Source: Candidatus Bruticola sp. (GTDB lineage: Bacteria; Vulcanimicrobiota; Xenobia; Xenobiales; Xenobiaceae). Taken from it: 64,000 bases of DNA. The translations under genes were made by a program, and so were the position numbers. The stretch covers positions 64,001-128,000 of the forward strand of contig JBJEGD010000002.1 of assembly GCA_051874735.1 (NCBI GenBank), written 5' to 3'. The first letter of the stretch is position 1. Each line of letters opens with the position of its first letter. Under the pieces are notes generated by a model. The model was given only the letters and a program-made list of their open reading frames with translations, was not told where the DNA came from and did no database searches. Below are positions 38,582 to 46,535 of this stretch, piece after piece.

Positions 38582-39814
38582 ATGGCTATAGTTGAACGTT
38601 TCTGCCGCTATGCGGCCATTGATACTCATGCCGATGAGGACAGCACTAGCAGTCCTTCAACTCCTGAGCAAATAGAATTTAATAAACAACTAAAAAAAGA
38701 GCTTATAGAAATGGGATGTCAAGAAGTTATCTTAGATGATTACGGTATCTTGACAGCTACTATTCCAGCCAATCGCCCCAATATTCCAGTTATAGCCTGG
38801 CTGGCCCACGTAGACACCTCTCCAGAAGTCGACAGCCGCAACGTTAAGCCCCAAGTAGTGCCTAATTACCAAGGCCAAGTTCTGGTCTTGCCCGGTGATC
38901 CTTCCCAGAAACTTGATCCAGAAGAATTTCCTGAGCTCAAAACTGTCATTGGTCATACTTTAATTACTACTGACGGCACAACTCTTTTGGGCAGCGACTG
39001 CAAATCAGGTCTAACCGCTATAGTTGAAGCTGCTGAGCATTTAATTAACCATCCGGAAATTCCTCACGGTGAAATACGCTTAGTTTTCTCAATCGACGAA
39101 GAAATAGGCAAAGGCACAGTCCATATGAATCCAGAGCGCATAAAAGCTGATGTGGCCTATACCCTCGATGGAGGGGCAACTTCCATGATCGACTGTGAAA
39201 CCTTCTCTGCCGATCTGGCTGTAGTTACCATCGAAGGCATCAATACTCATCCAGCCCACGGAAAAGGGCACATGGTCAACGCTCTGACCATAGGTGCAGA
39301 CTTTGTATCCCGTTTACCTAAGCTAATTTTAACTCCCGAAACCTCCGATGGGCGCCAAGGTTTTCTCCATCCTTACTCTTTTGAAGGTTCAGTAGGTTTT
39401 ACAGAAATTAAAATTATTTTGCGCGACTTCGAAACTGAAGCTTTGGCCCAGTATGCTAAAATACTCACAAATATTGCAGAGAACTTAGCTGCTGAAAATC
39501 CACGAGCCTCCATAAATGTCAACGTAGTTAAACAATATCGCAATATGCGCGAAGGTTTATCTAAAGATCCCCGCGCTCTTGACTACGCAGAAGAAGCCAT
39601 GCGCAGATTAGGCATAAATCCTGAACGCACTATAATAAGAGGCGGAACTGACGGATCTGGCCTGACAGAAATGGGGCTCCCTACTCCCAACTTATCTAGC
39701 GGTCAGCACAATATCCATTCACGTTTAGAGTGGACCAGCGCCGAAGAGATTGAACAGACAAAAAATGTGCTGTTGTCTTTAGCCCAAATTTGGTATGAGC
39801 ACAGCTTAGATTAA
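38582..39814 (+). CDS. pepT: Peptidase T (tripeptide aminopeptidase, M20B)
   Basis: ERFCRYA, AHVDTS, TDGTTLLGSDCKSG, DEEIG, YTLDGG, IRGGTDG, HNIHS. Confidence 0.95.
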   Translation: MAIVERFCRYAAIDTHADEDSTSSPSTPEQIEFNKQLKKELIEMGCQEVILDDYGILTATIPANRPNIPVIAWLAHVDTSPEVDSRNVKPQVVPNYQGQVLVLPGDPSQKLDPEEFPELKTVIGHTLITTDGTTLLGSDCKSGLTAIVEAAEHLINHPEIPHGEIRLVFSIDEEIGKGTVHMNPERIKADVAYTLDGGATSMIDCETFSADLAVVTIEGINTHPAHGKGHMVNALTIGADFVSRLPKLILTPETSDGRQGFLHPYSFEGSVGFTEIKIILRDFETEALAQYAKILTNIAENLAAENPRASINVNVVKQYRNMREGLSKDPRALDYAEEAMRRLGINPERTIIRGGTDGSGLTEMGLPTPNLSSGQHNIHSRLEWTSAEEIEQTKNVLLSLAQIWYEHSLD

Positions 39815-39873
39815 AAAAAATATTAAGGAAAGCAGTTTTTTTACAATAATATTAAGAAAGACTGCCTGTTTGG

Positions 39874-39882
39874 TGGTATAAT
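39874..39882 (+). promoter_or_regulatory. Extended -10 promoter element (TGnTATAAT) for the 40013 gene
   Basis: TGGTATAAT, a perfect extended -10, about 130 nt before the ATG. Confidence 0.55.
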
Positions 39883-40012
39883 CTAGGCAGATGCGGTGCT
39901 AAATTGCCTTCTAAGCCTGCCTTAGAATTAGTTTTAGCAAGTATTAACGCTATTTTTCTAATTACTGCTTATCAATATTATTTAGTTCAGCGCAACGAAA
40001 GGGTGTACTACA

Positions 40013-40429
40013 ATGGATGCTATTGGCGGTATCAGATCTGCTTCAGTTTCTCTCAGCGGCAAAGTTTCAGCCGGAGAAGTTATGAGAGAAGCCAATCACG
40101 CTATAAGCAAATGGGATTTGCAAAACTTAGGCTGGCGCGGATTCCAACAGCTCGACTGGGTGACCGACATTACGAACAAATACCCCGAAGCGGTCAATAT
40201 TGCTCACACTTGCTCTTCTCATCAGCCTGGCTACTTAGATCAGGTCAGTGATCTTTTTGAGGGCATGCCTAAGGCCGATCAAAAAGAAGTTCACAAGTAC
40301 TTCATCGGCAAGCTTGGCCTCGAGGAGCTTTCCTGCCGCAGAAGCGGAGCAGCCGGCGGTCTCTGCGACAAGAAGGGAGCTTATCTGCAAATTTGCCAGT
40401 TAACTAAAGAGCTCAGCAGCGGCAACTAA
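40013..40429 (+). CDS. Small hypothetical protein, monocistronic
   Basis: 138-aa ORF with AAAGGG RBS, its own extended -10 and a downstream terminator. Confidence 0.75.
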   Translation: MDAIGGIRSASVSLSGKVSAGEVMREANHAISKWDLQNLGWRGFQQLDWVTDITNKYPEAVNIAHTCSSHQPGYLDQVSDLFEGMPKADQKEVHKYFIGKLGLEELSCRRSGAAGGLCDKKGAYLQICQLTKELSSGN

Positions 40430-40456
40430 ATTTTATACCAACCTGACTTATTAAAG

Positions 40457-40492
40457 AAATCCTCTTACTTGTACAGTGTAGGGGATTTTTTT
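40457..40492 (+). terminator. Rho-independent terminator
   Basis: AAATCCTCTTAC...GTAGGGGATTT stem followed by a T-run. Confidence 0.7.
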
Positions 40493-40667
40493 ACTTCTAC
40501 AGCTCAGAAATACCTAAAATTACAGTCATGCTGCAGGCTATAATTTTCTTGTGTTGAAGCTCTGGCCTGTCATTTATAAGACTGTTTGTTTGTTGTATTA
40601 TCAACGATTTATAAAAGATTATTAACCATCAACAGCACTAAAATGCTTATTAAGCGAGGTTATTTCT

Positions 40668-42248
40668 ATGTTTTTAGAACGCTGTAGCGGAGTACTGCTT
40701 CATCCAACCTCACTGCCTGGCCAGTACGGAATAGGTACTTTCGGCCATGAAGCTTATGAATGGATCGATTTTTTGGAGCGTACTCAACAGACTCTTTGGC
40801 AGATACTTCCTTTGGGGCCGACCTCTTACGGAGATAGTCCTTATCAAAGCAGCAGTACTTTTGCAGGGAACCCCTATTTAATTAGCTTAGACAGCATGAT
40901 TGACGAAGGCCTGCTAACTCGTGAACTTCTCATTGAAGCGGTAGGCTCTCCCGATTTCAATGCTAATTCTGACACTGTCGATTTTGGTTCTCTTTACAAG
41001 TGGAAACTTCCGCTTTTAAATAAAGCAGCGGCCATGTTCGATGAAGACTCCTCTTCCTCTTTGGCCAAAGACTACAAAAAATTCTGCAAAGAAAACAAAA
41101 GCTGGCTAGACGATTACTCTCTTTTTAGTGCTTTAAAAAAGAAATTTTCCGATAAAGCTTGGACAGAATGGCCAGATGAGTACCGGTTGCGCAAAGAAAA
41201 AGCCCTACGCGAAGCCAAGCAGCAGCTGGCTCCTCAGATAAAGTGCTACTGCTTTATTCAGTGGGTTTTTGATCGCCAATGGAATAAACTCCGCGCCTAT
41301 GCTAATCAAAAAGGCATAAAGATTGTCGGCGATCTGCCTATTTTTGTGGCCATGGATTCAGCTGACGCCTGGACTAACACTTCCCTTTTCTGCTTTGATA
41401 AAAATTTAGTGCCCACTGCGGTAGCCGGTGTGCCACCAGATGGATTCAGTGCAGACGGTCAGTTGTGGGGCAACCCGCTTTATAATTGGGACAAACTTAA
41501 AAAAACTAGTTACGCCTGGTGGATTGAGCGCTTAAAGGCGGCTCTCAAGCGCCAAGACTATGTCCGCATCGATCACTTCAGAGGCTTTGCCGCTTACTGG
41601 GCAGTGCCTTTTGGCGAAAAGACAGCGAAAAACGGTAAATGGCTTAAAGGACCTGGGCTCGACTTCTTCAAGGCAGTTCAGAAAGCTTTAGGCAGCAATC
41701 TTCCTATCATTGCTGAAGATCTCGGACTTATTACCGACGACGTCATTCAATTGCGTGATACTTTTAACTTCCCCGGCATGAAAATTTTACAGTTTGCTTT
41801 TGGAAGCGATGCTAGAGCGGAGTATTTGCCGCACAACTATCAACCTAACTGCGTAGCTTACACCGGCACACACGACAACAACACCGCCCAAGGTTGGTAT
41901 GCGGGCGATGCTTTTGAGAAGGAGAAAGATTATTTACGCCGCTACTTCTCAACCGACGGTTGGGACGTAGCTTGGACTATGATTCGCGGTATTTTCTCAT
42001 CTGTAGCCCAAGCAGCTATTGTACCTGCTCAAGATTTACTTAGCTTAGGTAAAGAGGCCCGTATGAATTATCCGGGTAAGTCCATAGGGAACTGGAGCTG
42101 GCGCTTCCGCCGTGAAATGTTCAACGGACATATTGAGTGGCGTCTCAAAGAAATGACCTCAATTTACGGACGCGAGCGGGATAAACAGATCATTGTCCCA
42201 GATGAGGCCAGCCAAAAGGCAGCCGAAGCAGCCATGCACGCTGAATAA
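40668..42248 (+). CDS. malQ: 4-alpha-glucanotransferase (amylomaltase, GH77)
   Basis: SGVLLHPTSLP, GDLPIFV, RIDHFRGF, IAEDLG, YTGTHDN, RMNYPG...NWSWR. Confidence 0.96.
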   Translation: MFLERCSGVLLHPTSLPGQYGIGTFGHEAYEWIDFLERTQQTLWQILPLGPTSYGDSPYQSSSTFAGNPYLISLDSMIDEGLLTRELLIEAVGSPDFNANSDTVDFGSLYKWKLPLLNKAAAMFDEDSSSSLAKDYKKFCKENKSWLDDYSLFSALKKKFSDKAWTEWPDEYRLRKEKALREAKQQLAPQIKCYCFIQWVFDRQWNKLRAYANQKGIKIVGDLPIFVAMDSADAWTNTSLFCFDKNLVPTAVAGVPPDGFSADGQLWGNPLYNWDKLKKTSYAWWIERLKAALKRQDYVRIDHFRGFAAYWAVPFGEKTAKNGKWLKGPGLDFFKAVQKALGSNLPIIAEDLGLITDDVIQLRDTFNFPGMKILQFAFGSDARAEYLPHNYQPNCVAYTGTHDNNTAQGWYAGDAFEKEKDYLRRYFSTDGWDVAWTMIRGIFSSVAQAAIVPAQDLLSLGKEARMNYPGKSIGNWSWRFRREMFNGHIEWRLKEMTSIYGRERDKQIIVPDEASQKAAEAAMHAE

Positions 42249-42269
42249 AAGAAGCTAAGTTGACTGCAT

Positions 42270-42304
42270 AAAAAAATCCTCAGAAAATTTCTGAGGATTT
42301 TTTT
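42270..42304. terminator. Bidirectional terminator
   Basis: Near-perfect palindrome AAAAAAATCCTCAGAAA-A-TTTCTGAGGATTTTTTT between convergent genes. Confidence 0.88.
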
Positions 42305-42307
42305 CTT

Positions 42308-42544
42308 TTATCCAGCTAATTCCCAAACAAGATTGAGTTTACCATTTAAATCTACAAAAGTGCTGACTAAACGAAGTCCCTGCATAGTACTTACTTGAGT
42401 CAGATAGTCGCTCAGCTCATCAGCAGAATAATCAGCTTGCTCTAAAGTTTCGACAACATAAGCGTAAGAATTAGGCTCACTCATAGGCGGATTAATTTTT
42501 TTCCTTTCTATACAGTATTCTGCCCAAATTGCTCCGACTTTCAT
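42308..42544 (-). CDS. Small protein, DUF4177-like
   Basis: YAYVVE...ELSDYLTQ...QGLRLVST...LVWE; starts 4 nt after the HAD gene stop (alternative start 42484). Confidence 0.5.
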   Translation of the reverse strand: MKVGAIWAEYCIERKKINPPMSEPNSYAYVVETLEQADYSADELSDYLTQVSTMQGLRLVSTFVDLNGKLNLVWELAG

Positions 42545-42548
42545 GATT

Positions 42549-43193
42549 CTAAGTAAGCAGACGCCTTTGCACTAAATCTTGATATAGTTTTTCCACGGAC
42601 GTAAAAACTAAAGCATTCATGCCAAGTTTTTGAGCAGCTTCAGTATTAGACTGCTGGTCATCTATAAAAAGACACTGCTTGAGAGATACTCCTCCCTTAG
42701 CAGCAGCCAGTTTAAAAATTTCTGCCTGAGGCTTGCGCATGCCTTCCCTACAAGAGAGTACACACGGATTAAAAAGGGCATAAAATCCTATTTTTTCCAA
42801 AATTTCAGCATGATCAGCTATAATGTTGCTCAAAGCCCCCACAGCTAATCCGTTCTGACGCAGAGCTTCAACTAAACGTTTCATACGCTCATCGATACGC
42901 ACCGTAGCTCGAAAAATGTTTTTCCAAAATTCCCCGCAGTTGCTAACAATACTGAGAGACCCTTCTCCACTTTTCCATAAATTCTCGCCTATTTTTTGCC
43001 AAAATTCATCAGAACTAATAGCACCAGTTTCAAACACAGGCAGCAACTGAGCGATTTCACGACGAAGAGGCGCCGGAGTAGTTTGAAAAGCAGCACAACC
43101 TAACTGTACATAGCGATCGAGTTCAGCTTCTACAAATACACCGCCAATATCAAACAGAACAAGCTTTATTGGTTTAGTACCAAAAAATAGCAT
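42549..43193 (-). CDS. HAD family phosphatase (YihX-like)
   Basis: LFDIGGV, ALSN, MRKPQAEIF, LFIDD...N. Confidence 0.88.
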   Translation of the reverse strand: MLFFGTKPIKLVLFDIGGVFVEAELDRYVQLGCAAFQTTPAPLRREIAQLLPVFETGAISSDEFWQKIGENLWKSGEGSLSIVSNCGEFWKNIFRATVRIDERMKRLVEALRQNGLAVGALSNIIADHAEILEKIGFYALFNPCVLSCREGMRKPQAEIFKLAAAKGGVSLKQCLFIDDQQSNTEAAQKLGMNALVFTSVEKLYQDLVQRRLLT

Positions 43194-43557
43194 GGCAGCA
43201 CCTTCTTACCACTGATTATAATTTTAGGCAAATTTTCTCTATAAAAATAAAGCCTCCCTTTAGCCCCAAATTAGTTGCCCTTATTGAGCTTAAGGCTCAG
43301 CGTATCAATGCACCATAGTAGGGAAAACGTTTTCAAGCAAGAAACAGACAATCCGCCTGCGCTCATCAACAAACGGCTGAAACGTACAGACATAAAAGTT
43401 GTATCTGCAGGGATATACAAAGTAAAAAAATAAGCAGGGCAAATCACTTTAAGCGAATATGTAACGCAATCGGAACTTTTTCTTAGGCGATACAGCTATT
43501 CAGCTGGTTCCCAAGATAAAGCCGAAAATTTTATTTTGGCCCGCCAGTTAGAACAAA

Positions 43558-45357
43558 TTGAACACCAACGATTCTTCAAACCACACTGTCAGCAATGACA
43601 ATATCCAAATAAACTGGCCCAAGCTTGCAGTGTCATCATTAGGTGCCGTGGCAGTAATTTATTTATGTATATGGCTGCTCGTACACCTTTTTAACACGTT
43701 TTTTGTGCATAAAACTTCACCTTTTATTGGGCTAATTCCAAATTCCGTTCCTTTAGCTGTGGAGGGCAGCCCCGATCAGGTCGCGGAATTTTTGCAGAAG
43801 CGCTGCGGCCTTATTACCGATTTTGATAAACATCTGTCGCAGAAATATCCGAAAGCGCGCACTTTAATAGCTCTTATGCCAAGTGATGGCTTGGGCAGTT
43901 CTTTAGAATGTCAGTCTTATTTACTCGATTTAGCTTCCAATATCGAAGAACTGTGGAACAAAAATTACGCTTATCCAGTTTCAGTCCCTCCATTTCCTCC
44001 TTGTCCGGCAGGAGGACAGGCCGTTTACAGCAGTGATGAGCAACAATTTACTATTATCTGTACAGGGCAGCAGCATCGCACAGAATACAATTCATTTGAG
44101 GGGTTAGCAGCTCCAACATCTAAGGTCGCGTCTCTTACTCCAGCTTCTAACGTTCAAGCTCCTTCGAATCTGCCGGAGCGGTCTAACCGCAATTTTGAGG
44201 AAGCAGCTAAAGAGCGCTTAGATTCACTGCAAGACACCCCAAATGTTCTGGAAGCTATAAAGCGGACAGATATTTCGGCGAATATGCAAGCTCAAAAAAC
44301 AAACTCTCTTTCGGAAGCGACCTCAGAAGAGAACGAGGTATCTTACTATGAAAAAACAATTACAGCTTCAGGTGATTTAGCCGAAAAATTAGACAATCAA
44401 AATATACCTTTAGGACTTCAGGATTTGCCAAGTACTTTCAAATTCCGCGAGCCCTTTATTATTGCTATCGCTAATGTCGAAGAGAATCTACCAGAATGCT
44501 TCCGACTGCCTAAATTTAAGAATTTACAAATATGGGCTTCATCTCCTGAAAGCGCCCAAAAAATTTTAGCAGGCCGTACTCCTAAGAGCGAATCATTGTT
44601 CTTAGAGTCGGCTGATACGACAAAATTTCAGATATTCTGTCGTAACTCAGTATTCAACGAGCTATTCCAAGATATACCTCTTAAACTTCCTGCAGACTCT
44701 TGGATCAGTCTTCATCAATCTACTGACAGCACTACTAGTAAAGATTGTTACGACGGCGAGATCGTTTTACCTGATAAGTATAAAAATCAGTTAGATAAAA
44801 TCACTTCACAAAGCAGAGAAGCAGAAAAGCTGCTCTCCAGTCTTGATCCGTCCTCAGTTTCTTTCAGTGCCAATCCGAATATACTTAAATGGTTTTCTGT
44901 TCCCAATTTAGGATGGGGAATCGTCGCCAAACAAGAGGAACAAAGCCTGGAACTTCAGCCCAATTTAATGGGAATAAGCTTAGATAGTTCCAACCAGACG
45001 TCACTAAAACAAATCTTTGTAAATTTGGCCAAAGCTTTCAAAGGGAGAATCAGTTTTAATGCTTCGCTAAAGTTTGACACTGACCAGAGCGCCTCTTCTT
45101 GGTCAGCTAATAGCCCTCTAGGCCCAGTTATCCAAGTTAAAGGCCCAGAATTATCCGTAAAAACTGGTTCTTTATCTAAAAATAAAGCAGTTTCTCTGCC
45201 TAAAGGGCCAACCACTCCTCAAGTCTGCGGTTGGTATACTGTAAATACGGCTCCAGACCAAAAAACAGTAGTTGTCTTCTCCTCAGGTACAATTAAAAAT
45301 GAAGATGACAAGAGCGAATGCTCTATGTGGTTTAAAATAGAAAAAAGGCACGAGTAA
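43558..45357 (+). CDS. Membrane-anchored hypothetical protein containing an inserted pilin/GspG-like globular motif
   Basis: N-terminal TM helix; internal CQSYLLDLASNIEE...YP...PPCPAGG...FTIICTGQQH...YNSFEGL. Confidence 0.6.
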   Translation: MNTNDSSNHTVSNDNIQINWPKLAVSSLGAVAVIYLCIWLLVHLFNTFFVHKTSPFIGLIPNSVPLAVEGSPDQVAEFLQKRCGLITDFDKHLSQKYPKARTLIALMPSDGLGSSLECQSYLLDLASNIEELWNKNYAYPVSVPPFPPCPAGGQAVYSSDEQQFTIICTGQQHRTEYNSFEGLAAPTSKVASLTPASNVQAPSNLPERSNRNFEEAAKERLDSLQDTPNVLEAIKRTDISANMQAQKTNSLSEATSEENEVSYYEKTITASGDLAEKLDNQNIPLGLQDLPSTFKFREPFIIAIANVEENLPECFRLPKFKNLQIWASSPESAQKILAGRTPKSESLFLESADTTKFQIFCRNSVFNELFQDIPLKLPADSWISLHQSTDSTTSKDCYDGEIVLPDKYKNQLDKITSQSREAEKLLSSLDPSSVSFSANPNILKWFSVPNLGWGIVAKQEEQSLELQPNLMGISLDSSNQTSLKQIFVNLAKAFKGRISFNASLKFDTDQSASSWSANSPLGPVIQVKGPELSVKTGSLSKNKAVSLPKGPTTPQVCGWYTVNTAPDQKTVVVFSSGTIKNEDDKSECSMWFKIEKRHE

Positions 45358-45394
45358 AAAACAGTCGAGCTTCAACCGCTCGACTGTTTTTTTT
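45356..45394. terminator. Bidirectional terminator
   Basis: AAAAAACAGTCGAGC-TTCAACC-GCTCGACTGTTTTTT between convergent genes. Confidence 0.88.
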
Positions 45395-45436
45395 AGATTT
45401 AGTGTATAGCCCATACATCGCCCAACAGATACACTA

Positions 45437-46120
45437 CTAGGGAGCTTGACTGTCAGTCAAGTCACATGATTCATCATCGCGTTCTTTAGGAATAATCCCC
45501 TTTGAAGGAGCAAGCTCTGTAAAATACTTTTCTTTAGTGAGGTGCATCAAAATTTTAGGCGCATCACTTTCTCCAAACCCATAACCGATTATGCCTTCTA
45601 AACTATGCAGTTTTTGACACTCTTCTAACCCCACTCTTTTAAAACAGCGCTGCGCCCTCAAATTATAATCAGCAGTATCAAGCTCAATTAAGTCTACTTT
45701 TTCTTCTTCGAAAAGAAAACGGTTCACTAAAGCCATCGCTTTAGTACCTACCCCGTGTCCCCGACTACCTTCACTTCCAATCATCAGACCAGCAAGAGCG
45801 ATCTTGCCAATCCCTTGCATATAACGAAGATCGTATTTGGCTAGGCCGATAATTTCAGAGTTAAGATCGCAAACTATTAAAAAATAGCAAGGAGATTTAG
45901 GATTAGATATCAACTTAAGATAATTATTCCTAGCGAATTCGCAATCGTAATCACTAAAAACCTTAGCGCCAAAAGAATAGCGCATTAGTTCCTTATTTTC
46001 CATCCATTGCATAATGATATCTATATCAGAGCGCACTAATCTACGCAGCATCAACCCGAAATCAGAATCTGAAATTAGCACTTTTTTTCTATTGGCGTAA
46101 AAATTCAATATTTCACTCAT
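45437..46120 (-). CDS. GNAT family N-acetyltransferase (RimJ/RimL-like)
   Basis: RGHGVGTKAM acetyl-CoA motif, YNLRAQRCFKRVG. Start probably ATG 46120. Confidence 0.82.
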   Translation of the reverse strand: MSEILNFYANRKKVLISDSDFGLMLRRLVRSDIDIIMQWMENKELMRYSFGAKVFSDYDCEFARNNYLKLISNPKSPCYFLIVCDLNSEIIGLAKYDLRYMQGIGKIALAGLMIGSEGSRGHGVGTKAMALVNRFLFEEEKVDLIELDTADYNLRAQRCFKRVGLEECQKLHSLEGIIGYGFGESDAPKILMHLTKEKYFTELAPSKGIIPKERDDESCDLTDSQAP

Positions 46121-46535
46121 ATGAACTTTACGCTTTCTTACATGATTGCAAATATCTTGCTTATTTTTGACTTGATTGCTACTTTTGTTCGACAAAGTAG
46201 CATTAGCCTCATGAAAAATCAATTTATGATTATACAATTAAAACCTACTACCTTGGCATGTTATTGGCTGACAGCAGACTGTAATTGACTTTTATCTGCA
46301 GTCAGCATAAGTTAAGGCAAGGTAAAAACAGCTACAGAATAAAAAAATAGGGAAAGTTTTGTAATTAGATAAATTTTACCTATATTAGAGCTGATTGAGT
46401 AATCAGTTTCAATACCTTACCAACCTAATAGCTAAATGAAAACTGGCCTTTAAACTACAAGTTTATAGTAAAACTCATTTAAGACGGCTAACGGGGCTTC
46501 GTCTGTATAAAATTGCTGTTTTGGGAGAACAACTC

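Noticed and set aside
39904-40251. Alternative overlapping ORF (115 aa)
   Set aside because: TTG start without an RBS; the 40013 frame has the RBS and better codon usage, and ends at the terminator.
46380-46535. Purine or xanthine riboswitch upstream of xdh
   Set aside because: The conserved purine-riboswitch core (TATAAT...ATATGG...GTTTCTAC...CCGTAAA) is not present; only generic hairpins.
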